Below, piece after piece: positions 35,096-45,743 of a stretch of 64,000 bases of DNA. The stretch comes from Macrostomum lignano (taxonomy: Eukaryota): assembly GCA_002269645.1 (NCBI GenBank), contig NIVC01001004.1, forward strand, positions 1 to 64,000, in the 5' to 3' direction. The stretch's first letter is position 1. Each line of letters starts with the position of its first letter. A program made the position numbers and the translations under genes. Below the pieces are notes generated by a model that did no database searches, was not told the DNA's origin, and was given only the letters and a program-made list of their open reading frames with translations.

Positions 35096-35489
35096 TCCGT
35101 GGGTTCACTTTGTCTAATAATCTACTTGTCGATGTCTGTTCTAGTTTGCCTTTCCTTATGGTAGCTGTATATATATTTTCATATTTTTATCACTTAAAAG
35201 ATCAAAAATATAAAATAGTCACGAAAATCCGGAAAATTCTGGATTTATCCGGCCCACCTTAAAAGAACGAAGATTTTTTGTTTCACTTGCACTTGAGAAA
35301 ACAGTAAAATTAATTCTACGTTGCGTAGGGGGGTTGCAGAGATCCGGTTCTGTGAAATCTGATAGTGTAACTCTTTGACCTGAAGTAGCCACGGAAACGT
35401 AAACACAGCTTTCTGAATCAGCCCGTCGCGCTTCTAGAGTTCTTTCAGCCCTTTGAAAATCTGTAATTATGCGAAAGATGTCCCATATT

Positions 35490-35615
35490 AATTTCTCGAT
35501 AATCATCCAATTGATTTCTCGATAATCATCCAATTGATTTCTCGATAATCATCCTATTGATTTCTCGATAATCACCCCATTGATTTCTCGATAATCACAA
35601 CATTGATTTCTCGAA
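35490..35615. repeat. 23-bp tandem repeat (ttgatttctcgataatcatccaa) x~5
   Basis: Read directly from the sequence. Confidence 0.9.
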
Positions 35616-35949
35616 AATAACTTTAGAAATTCAACTACCATGAGTAGGCTAGTGTAGCAAATGCACGCAAGTAAAGATATTAACGAAAATATATTAATTT
35701 TAAGCATGAAGTCAATACCAGATTAATTATTTTACAGCACAGCAGTTGTCAATCAAAGAAGCTTCATACAAGCTACATGTAGCAGGTATTTATTTTAGTT
35801 TAAGAACATGGAGTGCGCAAGGTGATACTGAATGCTGCCCCCCCAAAAATTTATTCTCTGGGGGGGGGGGGGCAGAGCACCCTCTGTCTCGTTCGATGCG
35901 CGCTTACCGTGAGCAAACTCATTCATTTGGGGCTTGTGTACACGCAAAT

Positions 35950-36075
35950 TGGCCCAGTGGGGTTGCCGTGCCAACCCCCAAGGCACACAGAGAGTGTACA
36001 TTCCAGACGATTAGACAGTCAGGGTCGCTGTACACCCTGTGTGAGCGTGTGTGTGAGTGCAGTGCCTGCGTGCAG
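35950..36075 (-). repeat. Dispersed repeat family R1, copy 3
   Basis: The reverse complement matches ~30395-30478. Confidence 0.7.
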
Positions 36076-36124
36076 TATTGGCGCGCTTGTAGGTGCTCAG
36101 AAGTCCGCGGGATGGTCAGAATTG

Positions 36125-36325
36125 CCTCAGGACGTCTGCAAGTGAAGCTGGTGCTGAAGCTGTCAGATACGATTGCATCACGAGCGATGCTGGACCATGG
36201 CACAGTCTGATTGTCAATCGGGACTTCAGCGGATTCAGATACAGCTCCTCAGGTACAGTGTTAAGAAAGTGATGTCTCAACCATGAAGTGGCCGGATATC
36301 CACCACTTAAAAATCTCCGTTAAGC
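36125..36325 (-). pseudogene. SLC22 5' relic (fourth, truncated paralog)
   Basis: The minus strand reads SAEVPIDNQTVPWSSIARDAIVSDSFSTSFTCRRP versus CAEITLDNQTVPWSSIAHNASMPDNFTINSFICSRP in copy 3, and shares the nucleotide run gtgccatggtccagcatcgctc. Weak LTEIFK versus LTKISK similarity upstream. Confidence 0.8.
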
Positions 36326-36357
36326 AATACCGCACACTCCTGAGCTGCTTGAACTGT

Positions 36358-37250
36358 TGAAGCCCCTTTGATGCTAAAGCCCCTTGGTGCTAAAGCCCCT
36401 TGGTGCTAAAGCCCCTTGGTGCTAAAGCCCCTCAGTACATTACTATCTCCTCGCGCTGGCGCCCGACCCCAATAAAAAATTCAGGTTTTGTCCTGCTGTC
36501 AAAAGTTACTTTTGCATTGCAAAGCCAGCTGGCAGAGAGGAAACGAAAGAACATCCCGGAGGCGCACAATTTTTTTGTTAAACTTCATGCAAGTCAGGAA
36601 TATTGAAAATCTGCTAGAAGATTTTCACAGATGGTCGAATTTTATTTAGTTTGAAACATGACGATCTCGGGATTAAGGCCGCTGCACTGGCCTCTTGTCC
36701 CCGCGTGGCCCTGCAAAGCCACTACATGCAGTGACATTTTCAAAGGGCTGCGGTGCCAGACTTTGGGGAGGATTTTTGCTTCAACATCTCTGTGGACGGA
36801 AGCAAAGTCCAGGTCAGATCCGACCGAACCGGGGAGTGAATTCATTCTAATCCAGTTTTGGGCAGTTTCTGTAGGGAATGAGGGTGTTCAGCGTCTTAAG
36901 GAAATGAGATCAAGATGTAAGCATAGGAATAAATTCATATTTTCGCTTCGATGGGGCAAAATTAAGTAGGCATTATACATGTAGCAGAGGCGTATGGCAA
37001 GCCCCTGGTGCCAAAGCCCCTGGTGCTAAAGCCCCTGGTGCTAAAGCCCCTGGTGCTAAAGCCCCTGGTGCTAAAGCCCCTGGTGCTAAAGCCCCTGGTG
37101 CCAAAGCCCCTGGTGCTAAAGCCCCTGGTGCTAAAGCCCCTGGTGCTAAAGCCCCTGGTGCTAAAGCCCCTGGTGCTAAAGCCCCTGGTGCTAAAGCCCA
37201 TGGTGCTAAAGCCCCTGGTGCTAATTAATTAAGCCCCTGGTGCTAAAGCT
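36358..37250. repeat. 15-16-bp tandem repeat (ggtgctaaagcccct) in two blocks, 36358-36432 and 36998-37250
   Basis: The same unit lies on both sides of ~565 bp of unique sequence. Confidence 0.9.
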
Positions 37251-38809
37251 GCTGAGTTCTATTTAAAAAACTGTAAAAAACCCAGTTCAAAAAAACAAAC
37301 CAGTTACATATTATCCTTATCACGCCTCTGTCAGCAAATCAGTAGTATTCTGCAAACATTAAGCTGGACATAAACATGCACACTTGAGTTCGAAAATCTT
37401 ATCTAGAGCGCTTATCATCGAGCGTTTACCGCAGCTCCTTATTGGCTAAGAATAGACCATTTGAGACAGAATTCTTTCTTTGTCTCGGCCGCCGTCAGCA
37501 AAGCTAACTTAGCGAAGGCTCCGCCATATCAGACCCGAATTCTTGTTCTATCGAGTTTACTAATACATGTAAGTGCTGTCTTTTCAGATTTTGAACTGTC
37601 GGAAAGCTTACAACGACAGATACTCCAGTGATATCGTAGTTGTTTCAAACGCAAGAAGTACACCTCTTGATTGATTGTTTTTAAATGTATTAACATGTAT
37701 ATTTTTATCAATTTTTATTTAAACTATGTCCACTAAAGTTAAAATTGTAATGCAAAATACATTTCAATACAGTGCGTCAGTTGGGCTAATTTAAACAGCA
37801 TGGTTACAGAGACCAGTAGATCGCCTGGACTCTTTCTGTTTCTGCGAAAGGGTTGCACAAACAGAAAGCATTATATGACAAGTTTGTGTTTTAGGCGCAA
37901 TTGGATGATATAATTTTTAAATATGTTTTAAATACGTTAAAATTAATGTAAATATTTTTATATTTTGAATACGATCGTGTCTTAATAAAACTGATAAGCA
38001 ATGATTATAACAATTAGGTACATTAAAGAAGTTGCCAGCATATACATAACAAATAGTGACGAAAAAATCAGATAAAACTAAAAACTAAAAAAACTAGCAT
38101 TGTAAAACTAAAATTACCAACAAAAAAACGCAACAATTCCAAAAATTATTTTTTTACAAGTAAAAGTACAACTAATTTAAATATGATTGTTTCTTTAAAT
38201 AATCCGTTTAAATTAATGAATGCTATTAAAAATCATTTAGACAAAAAAACAAAAACACTTTGTTTATATCTATAAAGTTTGAAGCGGATTAACTATGTTA
38301 AATAGAACAGCAAACATGCCTTCTAATCTACAACAGAGCAAATTTACAGAATAAAAAATGAGAACAAAGGATGAACGTTTTGAAAAGTTGCAAAAAAATT
38401 TGAGTTGATAGCTAGTTAGTTCGAACGAATACAAAATATAACAAACGTTGAGACTGCCTTTTCAAATTTTAAACAAACGGTTAAACTCAAAACATGGGGG
38501 CGTTTTATAAGCTGCGTCCCAAGACTGTTTTTTTATAAATGCTCGGTATTAAATTCGAGTCAATTTGAACCTGCATGGCCATGGGACTGCAAATAAGTAC
38601 AGTGTAGAATCAGGTATTGAAACATTTTCGATGCCTCCTAAATTTAAGCTTTTGATCACCCTGTAAAATCTCTTCTGATTCATATTAGCTAAGCTAGTTT
38701 GTGCCTATCGTCTTCAGGTTAACTTTTCTTTATGAAACCGCTCACTCTCAAGTTCTGCTGGATCCTAGGATCGAACTTGGCTTTATAAAACAGCCTCCCC
38801 TGCAGACTC

Positions 38810-40537
38810 TCACACTCTTAGCGGCTTCATCTCTTCGCCGCCGGCCTCCCCAGCCGATGCTCCCTGCCGCTCCGCCTCATCGCTGCCCGACACGCAGCAG
38901 GGACAGCCCACCTGTTCCATCTCGGCCACGGTGTTGGGCATGGGCTTGTCCTTGGTCTCGGGCAGCAGCAGGATAGCTAGGCTGGCCAGAACCGAGATCA
39001 CACCATAGAGCAGGTAGGGCAGGTGGATGTACCATTGGGCCAGAGCTCCGCCCAGCTCCGGGGCAAGGATTTGAGCCGAGCGCATCAGGAAGCAGGCGAA
39101 GAAGAATGAGCAGCTGCGAACTTTGGTTGGCAGCACCTCGGAGCCGTAGACAGCCAGGACGCTGAAGGCTACGGTGACGCTGAACTTGATGGCGATAGCC
39201 AGGACGCTGCTGCCCTGAAACACCACTTCCGGGTCGGTGGGCACATAAGGCAGAATTATGAGGCCGACACCGCAGAAAGCCATGGTGCCGAGACAGGTGT
39301 ACTTGCGGCCGGCCCTGTTCGTGAGCTGCCAGGCCAGGATGTAGGCCGGCAGCTCAAGCAGGCCAGAGATCAGCACGTTCAGGTACGGATTATTGGTGAT
39401 AAAATCGCGCTTGAACGACAGGGCGAAGTAGACAAGCGACACGGTGAAGAAGTTGAAGGTCACAACGCCCACGGTGACAAGGTATTCCAGGCGGCACAGG
39501 TTCTCTCGCGGTATGAACTTAAAGATGCAGCTCTGCTCCTCCGACTCGTTCGTGTGCTCTGGCGGATCAACCAGCTCGTTGTGCTCGAAGTTGAACTCAT
39601 TGAGCACCTCTTTGCAGCCCGAGTACTTGCTGACCTCTTTCAGAATCTTCTTAGCTCGCTTGGTTTTACCACGAGTGAGCAGCCAACGCGGTGACTCCGG
39701 CAGCACCGGGATGTAGGTGGCGTACCCCGCTCCGATGATGAGCACGACCACCACCATTTGAATGCGCCAGTTGTAGATAAAGTAGCTGATTGCTGCTGAG
39801 CCGCTGTAAGCGAACACCCACAGAGTCCAGACTAGGTTGCCATGGATACCGCGATAGTCCTCCGCCACCAGCTCCGTGATGAGTATGATCCCAATGAGCA
39901 CGGCGGGCGCGCCGAAACCCATGCAGAATCTGAGCACCATCTGCAGGGTGAGATTGCGGACGAAGATCACGGCTATGTTGCAGGTGAGATCCAGGTAGCA
40001 GAAGGCCACGAGCAGCGGCTTCCGACCGAGAATGTCGCCCAGAGGACCGAATATTGTCGACAGGCAGATGCCGAACTGCATGACGGTCTGCATGCGGTCC
40101 ATCAGGTACTTGCGGTCGCACACCATCTCGTACTCCATGAACATTGTCCACCGCTCCGGCGGGTCCGGCCTGAACGTCCAGGCGCCGCAGATCTCCTCCT
40201 TGGGCGTCGCGGTCGACCCGTTGCCGCCAGCTGCTGAGGCCATGGCCATGTGCAGCGAGCCGTCCAAGCCGCGCACGAACTTCGGCCGCTGACAGGTGAA
40301 ATCGTTGATGCTAAAATTGGTAGCGAAGGTGTTGTTGGCGAGCACCTCCGACCAGGGCTGCACGGCGCCGTCCACCAGCGCTTCGGCGCAGTGGTAGGGC
40401 ACGCTGGCGGTGGCCAGGTTCAACACGAACATGTCGAATGCGGACTTCATGGATAGGAAGGCGATGAGCACGGTGATGATCCATCGGTAGGCCGGGCCTG
40501 ACTTGGATATGTGAGTCAGCAGGTCTTCGTAAAGCAT
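38810..40537 (-). CDS. SLC22 family transporter, copy 2 (575 aa from MLYEDLL, no CDS introns)
   Basis: Same motif set as copy 1 (GDILGRK, TELVA, PESPRWL, SEVLPTKVR, LPETK). The ATG is chosen by homology with the other copies. Confidence 0.95.
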   Translation of the reverse strand: MLYEDLLTHISKSGPAYRWIITVLIAFLSMKSAFDMFVLNLATASVPYHCAEALVDGAVQPWSEVLANNTFATNFSINDFTCQRPKFVRGLDGSLHMAMASAAGGNGSTATPKEEICGAWTFRPDPPERWTMFMEYEMVCDRKYLMDRMQTVMQFGICLSTIFGPLGDILGRKPLLVAFCYLDLTCNIAVIFVRNLTLQMVLRFCMGFGAPAVLIGIILITELVAEDYRGIHGNLVWTLWVFAYSGSAAISYFIYNWRIQMVVVVLIIGAGYATYIPVLPESPRWLLTRGKTKRAKKILKEVSKYSGCKEVLNEFNFEHNELVDPPEHTNESEEQSCIFKFIPRENLCRLEYLVTVGVVTFNFFTVSLVYFALSFKRDFITNNPYLNVLISGLLELPAYILAWQLTNRAGRKYTCLGTMAFCGVGLIILPYVPTDPEVVFQGSSVLAIAIKFSVTVAFSVLAVYGSEVLPTKVRSCSFFFACFLMRSAQILAPELGGALAQWYIHLPYLLYGVISVLASLAILLLPETKDKPMPNTVAEMEQVGCPCCVSGSDEAERQGASAGEAGGEEMKPLRV

Positions 40538-40802
40538 AGCTCTGCTCTGGCGCTGGGTTCTTTCCAAAGAGAAACTTACAGTAGCAGAGAAGCTCACTGG
40601 CAAGCCCGTTGTCAAGATTTCTTTTTGCCGCTCTTAACTTCTTTCGCTCGCCACTTCACTTTATTGCACTTCTCTATAGGAAGCCCCACGAGCCACACAC
40701 GCTTGTGCCGCTTCTCTGTTTGCTCGCTGCGGGGGGGGGGGTCGGTGGAGGCGCTTGATTGGCTCGCAGCAACAGCTGCATAATCACGCGAGGGGGGCCG
40801 TG

Positions 40803-41179
40803 CATAGATAAAGTATACCATAGATTCCACCCCTGCCCAGAATGTACACACGCTCGTGTCCAAACTTTGACCACCATAAAACTCACCGTGCTCTCATTGG
40901 CTGGCGCGAAAGCCTTCCTTTCAACACCTTCGATTTCATTCCCTCACCCCTTCCACACAAGAAAGCTTTATAACTTTAATGCGCGGAACGAAAGGATGTC
41001 TTACCAGTTTCAACAGTTAAAGCGGAGATAATAGAAAAGCGGAGTTGGGGGAATGTACACACGTGGACTCAATGTGCATAGCGTGGCCCAGCCAATAGGA
41101 GCGCAGTGAATAAAGTGATGGTCACAATTTAGACACTCCGGGGGGGTAGGGGTGGAATCTATGGTATACTTTATCTATG
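40803..41179. mobile_element. 377-bp hAT-type MITE
   Basis: 32-bp perfect TIR CATAGATAAAGTATACCATAGATTCCACCCCT. Exact 8-bp TSD GGGCCGTG at 40795-40802 and 41180-41187. Confidence 0.92.
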
Positions 41180-41332
41180 GGGCCGTGGGACGATCCCCAA
41201 CACCTCAGAAAGTGGAGAGGCCAGAAGCGCGGCTGGCGGTGCGAATAAATCGCGCCAAGAGGCGATCAGAAAAACTGAAACAAAGCCGTTTGGCCCGCCT
41301 TCACTGCTTGGCCAGGGGAGACAGAGTAAGAC

Positions 41333-42078
41333 AGAGTATGCTGTATGTTGTCTGTTCTGTATGCTGTATGTTGTCTGTTCTGTATGCTGTATATTGTCTG
41401 TTCTGTATGCTGTATGTTGTCTGTTCTGTATGCTGTATATTGTCTGTTCTGTATGCTGTATGTTGTCTGTTCTGTATGCTGTATGTTGTCTGTTCTGTAT
41501 GCTGTATGTTGTCTGTTCTGTATGCTGTATGCTGTCTGTTCTGTATGCTGTATGTTGTCTGTTCTGTATGCTGTATGCTGTCTGTTCTGTATGCTGTATG
41601 TTGTCTGTTCTGTATGCTGTATGCTGTCTGTTCTGTATGCTGTATGTTGTCTGTTCTGTATGCTGTATGTTGTCTGTTCTGTATGCTGTATGTTGTCTGT
41701 TCTGTATGCTGTATATTGTCTGTTCTGCATGCTGTATATATATTGTCTGTTCTGTATGCTGTATATTGTCTGTTCTGTATGCTGTATATTGTCTGTTCTG
41801 TATGCTGTATATTGTCTGTTCTGTATGCTGTATATTGTCTGTTCTGTATGCTGTATATTGTCTGTTCTGTATGCTGTATGTTGTCTGTTCTGTATGCTGT
41901 ATGTTGTCTGTTCTGTATGCTGTATATTGCCTGTTCTGTATGCTGTATGTTGTCTGTTCTGTATGCTGTATATTGTCTGTTCTGTATGCTGTATATTGTC
42001 TGTTCTGTATGCTGTATGTTGTCTGTTCTGTATGCTGTATGTTGTCTGTTCTGTATGCTGTATATTGTCTGTTCTGTA
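41333..42078. repeat. 23-bp tandem repeat (gtatgctgtatgttgtctgttct) x~32
   Basis: Read directly from the sequence. Confidence 0.97.
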
Positions 42079-42710
42079 CGTTTCAACTTTTCCGTTTCTC
42101 CCAGTCAGTGTTAGAAAAAAAGTCAAACAAATAAACCGAATATGGTGGCTGCAAATGCGGTCCGTAGTTGCACACCATGTTGCATTGCTGATTTTCTAGC
42201 CTCAGGGGTTTCTGGCTTGGGGGGGACTGAAAAAACTGAACTTCCTACTCCTAATCCTCCCGCTCCCACGTCTGGCAGGAAATGCGACATGCAGCCATAA
42301 TGCTGGCTTCGCAGGCAAGCAGTAAAACCATTTTAGTGCTTTTCACCTCGTGGGGAATTTTAGCACCTGCGCACCGGAGAGCCGGCCCGAACCGCAGCAG
42401 AAAAAAGTCAGAGGAGGAGACGAAGAGCGGCAAAGTGGGGTTGCAGGAAAGATTAATAAAAGCCGTCTCTCTTCTCTGGTTTCCCCCTTTGCTTGGCTCC
42501 GGCAAAGTTTGTCAGTCAGGACTGACAGGTCAGCGCGGAGTGCCTGGCGAGTGGCGATCGAAGCAATGCCAGGCTGCCAGAAGAAAAATATTGCAAACGT
42601 TTCTAAAAATTCATAGTTGCATTCGTTTTTTTAAAAATTTGATCATTTTTTAAAAAGTGAATAATTTAATATCTTAATAGCCTAATAACTTACTAACTTA
42701 ACCTAATGGC

Positions 42711-42955
42711 CAGATGTGCAACCGACAGCTCAGCCGCAGCTATTGCGCGGCACATCTGAAGAATGCTGCGTACGGATGTTCAGTCCAAGGACTGAGGGGG
42801 TCGCCACACACACCCTCAGTTACCCCAGCTAATGCTGGCACCCATTTTTACAGCTGGGTGAACTGAAGCAATGCAGAGTTAAGTGTTTTGCTCATGGACG
42901 CAAATTGTTCCAAGTAGGTCCAGAATCGAACCCCCGACCTTTCAGTCGTGAGTTC
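42711..42955 (-). mobile_element. tRNA-derived SINE, 5'-truncated copy
   Basis: Highly similar to 44797-45045; keeps the B box but lacks the A box. Confidence 0.8.
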
Positions 42956-43447
42956 CAGTTTCGAAAGGTTGAAATAGCGGCAAAAACCTTTAAAATACAG
43001 ATTTGTGGTTCTGTTGAAAAACAGCACCAGACAAATAGACGAGAGATTTCCGTTTGAATTTCAAGTTTTAGTTGTCCCTGTGTCCTTCCTGTCGTTCATG
43101 ATTCCTGTCGTTTGTGATTGCATGTCAGGCCATTAGGTTTCAACTCCAGTCCTCTAGAATTTCATGCCCCCAGCCGGAGGGTCAGACTGATCACCAAAAC
43201 GGCCACCCAACCGTATTTGACTTGAGTTATGTAAAAAAATTGACGAGGAAAGGATCTTGAAAGAGTATTTTTGGCAGCAGATGTCAGCGGTTTTTTGGAC
43301 TGACTGGCGAGCTGCCCTCAGTCAGAGCTCAGTTATTTGGTTTCTTTGAGTCCGTGAAGTCCCTATATTGTATGCACAGTTTTGGCCGGCGTCAGGCAGG
43401 GGCAGTTAATCTAATCCACTGGTGCTTGAGGGGCTGAACTCTGCCAC

Positions 43448-43545
43448 TCCTGTCACAATCCTGTCACAATCCTGTCACAATCCTGTCACAATCCTGTCAC
43501 AATCCTGTCACAATCCTGTCACAATCCTGTCACAATCCTGTCACA
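43448..43545. repeat. 11-bp tandem repeat (cctgtcacaat) x~8
   Basis: Read directly from the sequence. Confidence 0.95.
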
Positions 43546-43599
43546 AACTGCAGGCAATTCTTGCTTAAAGAGAAATTTTGAAATTGAGGTGCCTGGATC

Positions 43600-44180
43600 T
43601 GGCTCTTCAGTTCTGACTTTGGCGCCTCAGTTCTGACTTTGGCGTCTCAATTCTGACTTTAGGGCCTCAGTTCTGACTATGGCGCCTCAGTTCTGACTTT
43701 AGCGCCTCAATTCTGACTCTGGCGCCTCAGTTCTGACTCTGGCGCCTCAATTCTGACTCTGGCGCCTCAATTCTGACTTTGGCGCCTCAATTCTGACTTT
43801 GGCGCCTCAATTCTGACTCTGGCGCCTCAATTCTGACTTTGGGGTCTCAATTCTGACTCTGGCGCCTCAGTTCTGACTCTGTCGCCTCAATTCTGACTTT
43901 GGCGCCTCAGTTCTGACTCTGGCGCCTCAATTCTGACTCTGGCGCCTCAGTTCTGACTTTGGCGCCTCAATTCTGACTCTGGCGCCTCAATTCTGACTCT
44001 GGCGCCTCAATTCTGACTCTGGCGCCTCAGTTCTGACTTTAGCGTCTCAATTCTGACTTTAGGGCCTCAATTCTGACTTTGGCGCCTCAATTTTGACTTT
44101 AGGGCCTCAATTCTGACTTTGGCGTCTCAATTCTGACTTTGGCGCCTCAATTCTGACTTTGGCGCCTCGATTCTGACTTT
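43600..44180. repeat. 20-bp tandem repeat (ggcgcctcaattctgacttt) x~29
   Basis: Read directly from the sequence. Confidence 0.97.
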
Positions 44181-44760
44181 ATAGAGAATTAATCTAATAC
44201 TGTGATGGTAATATCAGGAGGCTGCTCTAACGACGCATTAATCGATTTTTCATGTTAAATTGGTCTGTCACTTGAAAAAACGTTTAAAATAATGACAAGA
44301 CAAGGCAAGAGCCAAAACTGACGCGTTTACCACTGAACTGCCCTTGCCCACAGTCAGTGGAGATAGCAAGCCACTGCAGAATGAAAAGCCTTGGCAAAGT
44401 TTATAAAATATATGACCTAATGAACACTTCTCAAACTGGTTTGAAACTAAAAGCCATAGCAACTAGCTCAGCTCAAAAGTGAGCCATTCGAAAAGTACAA
44501 CACTCCCGCTGTCTTGTTTTGGTTTTTAGTCAGAAACAAAACGTCAGAAGCAGGCCGTAGAACGGATCGGCTTTTTCCCGGATCTGGATTTGACAGCACA
44601 TCGATGCTTCACAAAACATCTCTTCGCTGCACGTCAGATCCACTCAGGTTGCCTGCTTCAATTTCTTCAACAGCTGGATGCTGTTCCATGAAATCTCAGC
44701 AAAGTATTGTACATGGGTTACTTACTACTCATAGCTTCTGTCTATAGAAGTTTTTATTTG

Positions 44761-45078
44761 AATAATAATAACTGAATTCACCTGCCCCAATTGGGCAGCA
44801 GATGTGCAACCGACAGCTCAGCCGCAGCTATTGCGCGGCGCATCTGAAGGCTGCGTACGGCTGTTCAGTCCAAGGACTGGGGGGTCGCCACACACACCCT
44901 CAATTACCCCAGCTAATGCTGGCACCCATTTTACAGCTGGGTGAGCTGAAGCAATGCAGAGTTCCAGTAAGTGTCTTGCTCAAGGGCGCAACTTGTTCCA
45001 AGTGAGATCGGGAATCGAACCCCCGACCTTTCAGTCGTGAGTTCGACGCTCTAACTCTAAACACTAGGCTACAACCCC
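44761..45078 (-). mobile_element. tRNA-derived SINE, full-length (~320 bp)
   Basis: The minus strand begins GGGGTTGTAGCCTAGTG (A box), has B box GGTTCGATTCC (45011-45021), a central CTTGAGCAAGACACTTAC..CTGTAAAATGGG block resembling CORE-type SINE domains, and a (TTA)n tail. Confidence 0.85.
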
Positions 45079-45743
45079 TTGAAAGTCTGCAACTAAAATT
45101 CGACTCAAATCAAGGACAACTTAGTCACTCAAGACGGGAGTCTAGCAATTAATGGTGAAAAAAGTACGAGGTAAAATCCAAGTACGTCGTAAAATCCCTG
45201 AGAAGGCAAACAATGTCTTGATAATAAATCGCATTACACAGCTGTAACTCATGATTAAGTTTCAAAGCGGCTATGGACCAAATTATGTGGCTATAGGTGC
45301 CAGCCTTGTAGCTGCAGACTCGCCCGAATATGAGTAAAATTATGCACTCGAAAAAATTCGTACAGTACAAGGCAAGCGTACCTTTGCGTTGCACCTTGCA
45401 AGCCATGAAGCTATGAAGCTAAGCTAATAGACAATCGCCAACCAAAAAATGCCAAAAAGTGGTCAGAAAGTATATAGCTAGTCCATTTCAACATGATTAG
45501 CAAATAAAAAGCATTTCTAGCTAAGCTCAAAAGCAGCGCTGAGATTCTGTGGCTCATCGCTCATTGCACATTCTTGCACAATTATGAGCTGGAGATCAAA
45601 CTTGAGCAAAAATGAAAGGTTGACAGTCTCTGCTTGAAAAAAGGAAGATAACTGAAAAGGACAATTGAGGCTTGTTGGGCTTCTCTATATATGCTATTCT
45701 ATAGGCTGTCCGTTTCTCAATGCTTTCAACCGCAGTAGAGAAG

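Noticed and set aside
45000-45078. tRNA gene
   Set aside because: A and B boxes are present, but the D-arm region has a duplication, there is no clean acceptor stem, and it continues into a SINE body with a second copy nearby.
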